The notes under the pieces were generated by a model, which did no database searches, had not been told where the DNA came from, and saw only the letters and a program-made list of their open reading frames with translations. A stretch of 64,000 bases of DNA from Synechococcus sp. (GTDB lineage: Bacteria > Cyanobacteriota > Cyanobacteriia > Thermostichales > PCC-7336): assembly GCA_051439605.1 (NCBI GenBank), contig JBFRWN010000017.1, positions 96,001 to 160,000 of the forward strand, in the 5' to 3' direction. Position 1 is the first letter of the stretch; each line of letters starts with the position of its first letter. Positions 55,904 through 64,000 of the stretch are shown piece after piece. The position numbers were made by a program, and so were the translations under genes.

Positions 55904-56042
55904 TTTGGAGGGATTCGGGGGATGCTTACTTGAACATGTTACCTATAGCAACCGTCAAGTCGATTGGTACAGTTTAGCTATCCCAATCGAGGACTGAGTA
56001 TAGAGACTTATGTCCTAGCTAAAACTTCAAAGACTTTATCAG

Positions 56043-57302
56043 TCAGCCTTCTGGTGACATTGCAGAGATGTTTGAGGTCATCATGCGATCGCGACCGGCT
56101 GCTTTGGCTTGATACAACGCTTTATCTGCCTCTGCCACCAGCATCCCAACACCGACCTCATTCTGAGGAACCATACCTGAAATCCCGAAACTGAGGGTGA
56201 CGCGATCGCGGACTTGCGAATTGACATGAGCAATACCTAACCCCTCGACCTCCGCCTGAACCGCTTGCACCACTGCCTCTGCTCCCTCAAGATCGGTGTT
56301 GAACAGCACCAGTGCAAACTCCTCTCCACCAAATCTGGCGGCCAGATCGGAGGGTCGCTTTAAGGCTTCCTTGAGCACAGCCGATACCTGTTTGAGGCAG
56401 AGATCCCCTTGCAGGTGACCGTAGGTGTCGTTGTATTGCTTGAAATAATCGATGTCGCACAAAATCACAACCATGTGCGCCTGTTCGCGACGAGACAGCT
56501 GCCAAGTTTGCTCTAAAAAATCATTAAAGTATCTGCGGTTGGCTAACTCCGTCAGTTCGTCGTGGGTGGCTAAAAATTCCAGACGGCTGTTGACGCGGTC
56601 CAGTTCTACATTGGATTTTTCCAGCTCAGCTTGGGCTCGCTTGCGCGAGACAATCTCTTGCAGCAACAGTTGATTTTTGGTTGCCAACTCTTGAGTGCGT
56701 TCTTGCACCAGAGCTTCCAGATTTTGGTTGATGTGTTGCAGCTGGCGGTTAAGGGCATCTACCTGTTGACGACTTTCCTCCACCTGCAGGATGCCTCGGT
56801 AGGATCTCAATGAGGTAATAGTGATCGAGAATAGCTTTTGCTGGGTCAGTTCGGTTTTATTGCGATAGTCGTTGATATCGTAGGCCTCGATCACCGATGT
56901 CTCGGGTGCAATCCCGGGCTGGCCAGTGCGCAAAACAATTCGCAAAAACTGGTTGTGTAGGGTTTCACGAACGTATTTGACCACCTCCAGTCCCGAGAGG
57001 TCAGTCTCCATCACGACATCCAGCAGGAGCACGGCGATGTCGGAGGTATTGGCCAGAATCTCTTTGGCCTCTGCCTCAGAATAAGCGGATATTAATTCGA
57101 CGGAACGACCTTCAAATTCAAAATTCTTTAGCGCTAATTGGGTGACGGAATGCACCTGTTCTTCATCGTCAACCACCAACACTTTCCAGGGACTGAGATC
57201 GCCAGCTTCAAGAGCAGTCAGCCCGGTGTCCTCGTCTAGAAAGACAAGCTCGTCATCCTCCTCTTCTTGCCATAGAGCAGCTGGAACTATTTCGCCCTCC
57301 AT
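56043..57302 (-). CDS. Response-regulator diguanylate cyclase (REC-coiled coil-GGEEF)
   Basis: VVDDE, LLDVVME, LRTGQPG, DELTELANRR, DIDYFK, RPSD then GGEEF. Confidence 0.92.
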   Translation of the reverse strand: MEGEIVPAALWQEEEDDELVFLDEDTGLTALEAGDLSPWKVLVVDDEEQVHSVTQLALKNFEFEGRSVELISAYSEAEAKEILANTSDIAVLLLDVVMETDLSGLEVVKYVRETLHNQFLRIVLRTGQPGIAPETSVIEAYDINDYRNKTELTQQKLFSITITSLRSYRGILQVEESRQQVDALNRQLQHINQNLEALVQERTQELATKNQLLLQEIVSRKRAQAELEKSNVELDRVNSRLEFLATHDELTELANRRYFNDFLEQTWQLSRREQAHMVVILCDIDYFKQYNDTYGHLQGDLCLKQVSAVLKEALKRPSDLAARFGGEEFALVLFNTDLEGAEAVVQAVQAEVEGLGIAHVNSQVRDRVTLSFGISGMVPQNEVGVGMLVAEADKALYQAKAAGRDRMMTSNISAMSPEG

Positions 57303-57323
57303 CCGGTTTCTCCTCTCTTTGCT

Positions 57324-58580
57324 TTACTCTACCGCCAAGGTTTGCGGTAGGTTCAAGATAAATGTAGTGCCTTCCCCCAAAGTGCTTTTACATTGCAAGG
57401 TACCCTGAAGGCTTTGGGTCACAATGTTATGCACGATATTGAGCCCTAAACCACTGCCACCACGATCGCGTGCGGTGGTGAAAAACGGGTCAAACATCTT
57501 CTGTTGAACTTCCGGGGCAATCCCCTTTCCATCATCCGAATATTCAATCGCGATCCGACCCTGTTGCTGTTTTACCTGGAATACTAGGCTACCCCGCTCC
57601 CCCGGCTCGTAAGCATGCACCAGCGAATTCATCACTAAGTTCGTAACTACCTGCGAAACAATCCCCGGGCAACCCTCCATTTCAATGTCGGCATCCCCTT
57701 GAACGACAAATGAATGTTTAGCTTTTTTCCACTGGGGTTCCAAACTCACGGCGATACTTTCGAGATAGCCCACCACCTTGAAGGCACGCGTCTCTAAGTT
57801 GGTTTGGTCGATCGCCACCTGCTTGAAATTTTGAATAATGTCGGCAGCTCGACGCAGGTTATTGAGAACTAAATTGCTGCTTTCAGTAGCGGTTTCCACA
57901 TAATGTTTGAGCATCGATTTTTTGAGCGCCCCGCTGCTGAAAGAGCGATCGAATAGGGCGGTTTCCTGGGCGAGCACGGAGGCAGCCAAGATGGCGTTTC
58001 CCACCGGCGTATTGATTTCGTGGGCCACTCCTGCTACGAGCTGACCCAGACTGGCTAATTTTTCTGTCCGGACCAGCTCCTCCTGCATGGCCTCCAGTTC
58101 GGAGAGGGTTTGAGAGAGTTCTTGGGTGCGCTCCCGCACTTGGTCCTCCAGGCCTTGGCGATACACCATTAACTGTTTTTCTTTCTCGTAGCTATTTAGG
58201 GCTTCGCGCACAGTGAGCTGGAGGTCGGAAGGGGGCCAGGGTTTGCCTAAAAAGCGATAGAGATTTGCGGTGTTGATGGCATTGGCAATGCCTTCTAAGG
58301 TGGCATGTCCGGTAAGCATAACCGCCAACGTATGGGGGGAGATACGGTGAATGTTGGTGAGCACTTCGTCTCCTTTCATGTCTGGCATGATGTAGTCGGA
58401 GATGACTAAGGCTAGCTCGCAATCGTCCTCAAGCAGATCTTCCACCAGGCTGAGGGCATCCTCTCCCCCAATGGCCGTTTCAATTTCACACCGGTCTTCA
58501 AACGCTTCAGACAGTTCCCGCCGTAGGCTATCTAGCACAGAGGAATCGTCGTCAATACAGAGAACAATCGGTTTAGACAT
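57324..58580 (-). CDS. Hybrid histidine kinase (REC-HisKA-HATPase), no sensor domain
   Basis: CIDDD, ISDYIMP, GVAHEINTP, DDGKG, FDPFFTT, GSGLGL. Confidence 0.92.
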   Translation of the reverse strand: MSKPIVLCIDDDSSVLDSLRRELSEAFEDRCEIETAIGGEDALSLVEDLLEDDCELALVISDYIMPDMKGDEVLTNIHRISPHTLAVMLTGHATLEGIANAINTANLYRFLGKPWPPSDLQLTVREALNSYEKEKQLMVYRQGLEDQVRERTQELSQTLSELEAMQEELVRTEKLASLGQLVAGVAHEINTPVGNAILAASVLAQETALFDRSFSSGALKKSMLKHYVETATESSNLVLNNLRRAADIIQNFKQVAIDQTNLETRAFKVVGYLESIAVSLEPQWKKAKHSFVVQGDADIEMEGCPGIVSQVVTNLVMNSLVHAYEPGERGSLVFQVKQQQGRIAIEYSDDGKGIAPEVQQKMFDPFFTTARDRGGSGLGLNIVHNIVTQSLQGTLQCKSTLGEGTTFILNLPQTLAVE

Positions 58581-58592
58581 GGCAGGGCATGT

Positions 58593-58991
58593 TTAAGTCA
58601 ATTTGGCTATGGCCGTTTTAATACAGTTAGCCAGTTCGTGGCTATCCCACGGCTTGCGAAGGCATGCGTGCAAATTAGCGTTCTGACGAGCATTGTCGAC
58701 CGCATCGTCGTCTGCCTGACCGGTAAGCAACACTTTAATGGTTTCGGGATATTTGCGATGGGCCTCAATCAACAGCTCGTCCCCTTTTTTGCCGGGCATC
58801 AGCCAATCAGAAACAATCAGCAGTACGGAGGTCTTCTCCTCTTCCATTTCCTCCATCAGCTCAAGGGCTTCGTCGGCATTGGCAGCTGTTTCGTAAGTGT
58901 AGCTGTCCCCAAAGGCTTCTTCCAGTTGCCGGAGGAGACTGCTGAGGATAATTGCTTCGTCATCAACACAGATAATGGCTGGTTTGGTCAT
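58593..58991 (-). CDS. Single-domain response regulator
   Basis: CVDDE, VSDWLMP, LLTGQA, KPW. Confidence 0.92.
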   Translation of the reverse strand: MTKPAIICVDDEAIILSSLLRQLEEAFGDSYTYETAANADEALELMEEMEEEKTSVLLIVSDWLMPGKKGDELLIEAHRKYPETIKVLLTGQADDDAVDNARQNANLHACLRKPWDSHELANCIKTAIAKLT

Positions 58992-59676
58992 CTCAGTTCA
59001 AAAAAGGAGTGAGGAGATAGGATGATACCGTCTCCGATCGCAGATTAGGTTCGATGCTGCCTAGGTAAGTTTTACAGGGCATCGTAACAATTTTGTCATA
59101 GGTCATCGCTTTTGAGCCTCCTTTTGTGGCAGAAATAAAATAACTGGTGCGAAATCTCGTGAGGGTAGGAAAGGTGGCAGTTTGAGAGGGAGTCTCAATA
59201 GAACTTGCGAGGATGCAGCTCTATTATTGGTGGCCCGATCGAGTGCAATTATGCTAGTCATCGATCGCCACGCGCCAGTTTGAATTCACTGCCCCGTCAA
59301 TGGTAGTGAACGAGTAGAAAATATCCATAGATGGTCATTTTTTGACAGCATGTTTTAACGATTAAATAGTTTCATGTAGCAAATTCCCTCATCAAAGACT
59401 AAGAGCGATCCAACAAATAAAGTATCAAGAGATCGTAGCAACAAGGCCAATACAGATGAATGGATTCGGCTGTTTTGGCCGTTTTTGAACATGACATCTT
59501 TCAAGCTTGTGGGCCACGGCTGTTGGGCGAATTCAGATCTATTTTGATTTAGATGGACCTGCAGCGAGCTGAGCAGACCCCCCTAACCCGATCGCTATTC
59601 TCCGATCTCCATTTGGCGAACGCAGGAAATAATAGCCCTATCCCCCAGCGCGATTTCACCCCAAGGAGCCCTTTGC

Positions 59677-60525
59677 ATGAGACAGGTATCCGCGACGCAG
59701 TCTGTAATTCAAGTCGATGCGTTTTCCAACAACCCATTTACTGGTAACCCTGCAGCGGTGTGCGTGATGGAAGAAGGGACCAACAATGACTGGATGCGTC
59801 AAGTGGCGGCGGAAATGAATCTTTCGGAGACTGCCTTTGTGGTGCGCTGTGGGGACGATTTTGGGTTGAGGTGGTTTACTCCTGTTATGGAGGTGGACTT
59901 ATGCGGTCACGCCACATTGGCCAGTGCCCACGTGCTGTGGTCTGAAGAGTACGTGACCCAAAAAGACAGTATTCGCTTTCATACTAAGAGCGGCTTACTA
60001 ACCGCTACTCTGAAAGGGAATTGGATCGAGTTAAATTTCCCCAGTCAGCCGGTGCAACCCATCGAGCCCCTACCTTTACTGCTAGAGGCGCTGGGGTTAG
60101 CGAAGATCGATGATGGGGTAGAGGTGTTTGCCAACGCCGTAAACTATCTAGTGGAAGTCTCTAGTCCCGATATTTTACGAGGGCTTCAGCCCGATTTTGC
60201 CCATCTAGCCACATTGCCCAAGATGGGGTCAATTGTCACCTGTCCAGGGGAAGGGGATTATGACTTTTTGTCCCGCTACTTTGCCCCGAATGCGGGGATC
60301 GACGAAGACCCGGTGACTGGGTCTGCTCACTGTTCTTTGGCTCCTTATTGGAGCAATCGCCTAGGACAATCAGAATTGTTGGCTTACCAAGCCTCTGCAA
60401 GAGGAGGAATTGTAAAGGTGGCAATGTTGGGCGATCGCGTAGCGGTCAGCGGACAGGCAGTAACAGTGATGCGGGGGCAATTATCTGTGGCCCCTCCCAA
60501 ACCGGGGGATGAAGCGGTATGTTGA
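59677..60525 (+). CDS. PhzF-family isomerase
   Basis: QVDAF...GNPAAV, NLSETAF, EVDLCGHATLA, EDPVTGSAH. Confidence 0.92.
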   Translation: MRQVSATQSVIQVDAFSNNPFTGNPAAVCVMEEGTNNDWMRQVAAEMNLSETAFVVRCGDDFGLRWFTPVMEVDLCGHATLASAHVLWSEEYVTQKDSIRFHTKSGLLTATLKGNWIELNFPSQPVQPIEPLPLLLEALGLAKIDDGVEVFANAVNYLVEVSSPDILRGLQPDFAHLATLPKMGSIVTCPGEGDYDFLSRYFAPNAGIDEDPVTGSAHCSLAPYWSNRLGQSELLAYQASARGGIVKVAMLGDRVAVSGQAVTVMRGQLSVAPPKPGDEAVC

Positions 60526-60669
60526 CACCATGCAAAAAAAACACCACAGAGACTGCGGTGCCAAAATGTGTATTGTCAAAGTGAAACTTGCAATTCTCTT
60601 TGATGCTCTATCTCCGTTATGGCATTTCCAGATATAAATCTGGGGGAGTCAGTAGGAAACTTCACGAAT

Positions 60670-61071
60670 TTATTCATCTGTCGGTACGAAATCGAGGGAT
60701 GCGGAGTTCATGCAGTAGCGCAGGCCAGTGGGGCGAGGACCGTCGTTAAAAACGTGCCCCAGGTGCGCATCGCACTGGTTGCAAAGCACCTCGGTGCGTC
60801 GCATAAATAAACTGTTGTCCTCTTCTAACTTGACGTTGTCCTTATCCGCTGCATCCCAAAAACTGGGCCAGCCGGTGCCGGATACAAACTTGGTGTCGGA
60901 GTCAAACAGCTTGGCACCACAGCAGATGCAGTTGTAAACCCCTTTTGATTTATTGTCCCAATACTGACCAGTAAAGGCCCGTTCCGTTCCCTTCTTACGG
61001 GTGACTTTGAACTGCTCGGGGGTGAGTTGCTCACGCCATTCGGCGTCAGACTTTTGGATTTTTAGGGCCAT
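60670..61071 (-). CDS. msrB: Peptide-methionine (R)-S-oxide reductase
   Basis: [33 protein letters not shown]. Confidence 0.95.
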   Translation of the reverse strand: MALKIQKSDAEWREQLTPEQFKVTRKKGTERAFTGQYWDNKSKGVYNCICCGAKLFDSDTKFVSGTGWPSFWDAADKDNVKLEEDNSLFMRRTEVLCNQCDAHLGHVFNDGPRPTGLRYCMNSASLDFVPTDE

Positions 61072-61230
61072 GATTTGACTGTGCAATAGATGGACTGAGC
61101 AATCAATTCGCTCGGGAATCAATTCTCTGGGAGTACAGTCACAACCAGGACAGCAAAGCTCCTGGAAATAACTGCAAACAACGCAGCTCTTGCGTCCCGT
61201 TCATCTTAACTGCGCTTTTTGAGCGTTTGG

Positions 61231-62520
61231 TTAAAGCTGCTTGAGGAGATGCTCTGCAGCCAGCTCGCCGCTACGCATCGATCCTTCAATACTGCTGTGT
61301 TGGGTGAATTCCCCCGCCAGGATTAAACCCGGAACCTGGCTGATGTTGTTGGGGAGTCGATCGTGGATGCCGGGGGGTTGATCGAACTGGGCAAAGGGAA
61401 TGCGATACTCCTTCAAGAACGTCAGGCAATCTCCCTCCAGATGAGGAAACCACTGCAACAGTTCCCGATGGCAACGTTGAACCAGCTCGGCAGTAGTGAA
61501 TTCTGGATTGCCCAACACCGTGACGGACAGAAGGTTGCGAGTGGCGGGGGCGAGGGCGGGGCTGACGTTACTCAACTGCACGCAATTGTTGATGGTGCCG
61601 TTGGAGGAGAGGGCGCTATTGAGGTGGATGGCGGCTTGGGGATGAGCGGAGATGGGGGTGCTGAAATACAGGCAGGTGACCCCCCTTGGATTGCAGGGGG
61701 AAGCGGGTTGGCTCACCTCTAGGTCAGGGAGCAGGTGGGGGATGGCGGGGGATGAGGTGGCGCATATAACCCAATCCGCCTCAACAGATGTGCCATCTTG
61801 CATGACAACTCCCGTGGCTTTTCCGTCCTTAACTTGAATGCGTTCTACAGGGGCGTTGCAGCGCAACTGCTGCGAGGATAGGTAAGCGGCTAACTGCTCG
61901 GTAATCGCCCCCATGCCATGCTTCGGCGTCACGATCGCCCCTTCCGAGAGCATCTTGAAATAGAACTGGAACAGGCGGGCGCTGGTTTTAATCTCGGGAT
62001 CCAAGAAGATTCCGCCGTAAAAAGGAAGGAAGAAATGCTGAATGATTTTGTTAGAAAATCCCCATCGCTTGAGGAAGTCGATAGTCGGTAAATCAGGCTG
62101 CTGCCATATTTGCTCGATGGAGGTACGCCACAGTTTTGCCCGCAACGCTAGCACTCTGACTTTGTCCGGCAGCGTCAGCAGTGGGTTGGTCAATGACGGC
62201 AGCAGGGTGCCGGGGGCACGCAGCGGATCGCCGATAGGATAGTGGCGATCGCCCTGTACCAACACGGCACCGGGATCGTAGTTGCACACTTGCAACGCTT
62301 CCAGATCCAGATGCCGCTGTACGCAGGGATAGGCGGTAAAGAGCACTTGAAAACCGCGATCGAGCTTGAATCCATCTATCGTGTCTGTTCGCACCCGACC
62401 GCCAGGGCGATCGCTTTGCTCCAAAACTACAAAATCTTCGCATCCCCCTTGGCGCAAAACTTTGGCGCAGGTTAACCCCGCTAGCCCTGCCCCCACGATC
62501 GCCACAGACCGTTTCATCAT
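61231..62520 (-). CDS. FAD-dependent oxidoreductase (amine oxidase/ProtoIX oxidase-like)
   Basis: GAGLAG, GGRVRTD, LDRGFQV, AGE...SIEGSMRSG. Confidence 0.88.
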   Translation of the reverse strand: MMKRSVAIVGAGLAGLTCAKVLRQGGCEDFVVLEQSDRPGGRVRTDTIDGFKLDRGFQVLFTAYPCVQRHLDLEALQVCNYDPGAVLVQGDRHYPIGDPLRAPGTLLPSLTNPLLTLPDKVRVLALRAKLWRTSIEQIWQQPDLPTIDFLKRWGFSNKIIQHFFLPFYGGIFLDPEIKTSARLFQFYFKMLSEGAIVTPKHGMGAITEQLAAYLSSQQLRCNAPVERIQVKDGKATGVVMQDGTSVEADWVICATSSPAIPHLLPDLEVSQPASPCNPRGVTCLYFSTPISAHPQAAIHLNSALSSNGTINNCVQLSNVSPALAPATRNLLSVTVLGNPEFTTAELVQRCHRELLQWFPHLEGDCLTFLKEYRIPFAQFDQPPGIHDRLPNNISQVPGLILAGEFTQHSSIEGSMRSGELAAEHLLKQL

Positions 62521-62580
62521 GACTCGCCCTCCTCTGACCCCCGAGTTCTACCATTATGGGGATGACTGCTGGCAGAACAA

Positions 62581-64000
62581 ATGGGATTGACGGGATTTTT
62601 CGATCGGCGACCGGGTAGCAAAACCGTAGCGATCGCTGCGATAGCCTTTTTTACACTAGTTTGCGGTTTGGCCCTCCATCGCTACTTAAATTTCTTCGCA
62701 TCAGAAGCCAGCTTCGATCAAGGGATCTTTAATCAGGTGTTTTGGAACGGCTTGCACGGCCGTTTATTTCAAAGTTCGCTGTCCTCTACCCTGTCCGCCT
62801 CCGTCACCCTAGAGGGGGATCTACCTCGCGTTGACTACCATCGCCTGGGGCAACATTTCACCCCTGCACTGCTGCTGTGGTTGCCGATCTATGCCCTTTA
62901 TCCCAGCGTGGTTACCCTCAGCGTGCTGCAAGTTGTGCTAGTCACTTCCGCTGGTATGGTCCTATTTGCTTTGGCCCGCGAACACCAGCTAGAACCGGCC
63001 CTTGCCGCCACCCTGACCATCAGCTTTTACTGCGCCATCGCCGTCATTGGCCCCACCCTGCAAAACTTCCACGATTTTAGCCAGCTGCCCCTGTTCGTGT
63101 TTGGCATGATGTACGCCCTGGAAAAGCGCTGGTGGTGGCTTTATGCCCCCCTGGCCATCTTGATACCCATGGCTAGAGAGGACTCTGGGGTGATTTTGCT
63201 TAGTCTGGGATTCTTCCTGACGGTGAGTCGCAAAGCCCCACGCTTGGGGATGGGCTTGTGCCTATATAGCGTGGCTTATATCCTGACCGTGACCAACGTC
63301 CTGATGCCAATGTTTTCGGAGGATGTGTCGCAGCGATTTGCAATCGAGCGCTTTGGACAATATGTCGACAGCGATTCTGCCTCCACCCTTGAATTGATTT
63401 GGGCCATGGCGCGCCGTCCCTGGCTAGTGGCCGCAGAGATTCTGCAGCCCTTTGACCGCACTCTACTCTACCTACTCAGTCAGTGGTTACCTCTGGCATT
63501 TATTTGTGTTATCTCGCCAGCCGCTTGGCTGGCCGCAGGGTTCCCGCTCCTGCTTCTGCTTTTAGCCCAAGGGCAAACTGTTCTATCAACCACCACCCGC
63601 TATGCCATGGCCATTGTGCCCGGTTTGTTTTACGGCACGATGCTGTGGTGGACCCACCATCCTAAAGGGTTTCGACCGGGGTTCCGCCGCTTTTGGAGCT
63701 TTTGTCTGGCTCTCTCTCTATTGTTTACCCTGACCCCAAATCCCCATCGCACATTTTCCTTTTTAATTCCTGACTCTTTCGATCCGTTGGTGTATGCCAC
63801 TGCTGGGAAACAGTGGCAACACGCTGCAGCAGTTCGCCCTTTGCTGAGCGCAGTACCCGCAGACAGCTTTGTGGCAGCCACGTCCCACTTGGTGCCCCAC
63901 TTATCGAGCCGAAGAGAAATTGTGCGTCTCCCAGGGTTGCGATTACAAAACGATTCTGGAGAGACGGTTACTGCGGAATATCTGCTAGCAGACCTGTGGC
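62581..64000 (+). CDS. DUF2079 membrane protein (GT-C-like), 3' truncated by window edge
   Basis: Open frame from ATG 62581: SFDQGIFNQVFWNG.HGR.FQSSLSS, LGQHFTP, NFHD, RED; multiple TM segments. Confidence 0.85.
   Translation, partial: MGLTGFFDRRPGSKTVAIAAIAFFTLVCGLALHRYLNFFASEASFDQGIFNQVFWNGLHGRLFQSSLSSTLSASVTLEGDLPRVDYHRLGQHFTPALLLWLPIYALYPSVVTLSVLQVVLVTSAGMVLFALAREHQLEPALAATLTISFYCAIAVIGPTLQNFHDFSQLPLFVFGMMYALEKRWWWLYAPLAILIPMAREDSGVILLSLGFFLTVSRKAPRLGMGLCLYSVAYILTVTNVLMPMFSEDVSQRFAIERFGQYVDSDSASTLELIWAMARRPWLVAAEILQPFDRTLLYLLSQWLPLAFICVISPAAWLAAGFPLLLLLLAQGQTVLSTTTRYAMAIVPGLFYGTMLWWTHHPKGFRPGFRRFWSFCLALSLLFTLTPNPHRTFSFLIPDSFDPLVYATAGKQWQHAAAVRPLLSAVPADSFVAATSHLVPHLSSRREIVRLPGLRLQNDSGETVTAEYLLADLW

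Overview
Chromosomal window from a cyanobacterium. Support: HIP1 octamer GCGATCGC throughout, plus sqdB, ctpA-type protease, ycf23/DUF561, DUF2839, DUF3119, cyanobacterial-type IF-2 and an FtsH4-type protease. By inference it is probably an early-branching unicellular lineage, since it carries a complete Lon. Most of the window is housekeeping: infB, argF, hisZ-hisG, guaA, glgC, murE, serA, tkt, lon, ftsH, msrB. Cyclic-nucleotide signalling genes include two diguanylate cyclases, cpdA, a REC/hybrid-kinase/DGC operon, a His-less kinase and a degenerate MshEN-like protein. The first ~1.1 kb looks like the edge of a decayed integrative element sitting on the 5' side of tRNA-Arg(CCU), with an integrase N-terminal remnant, short repeats and orphan ORFs. 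Other accessory pieces are an ExoP-like GH3 glucanase next to a LysE pseudogene, an orphan WecB/TagA glycosyltransferase, small ORFs upstream of a phosphorylase-kinase-like GH15 gene, and an AT-rich 53-56 kb patch. I found no CRISPR array, rRNA or intact IS element, and I cannot show a complete novel system from sequence alone. Family calls are from motif recognition, not database searches.
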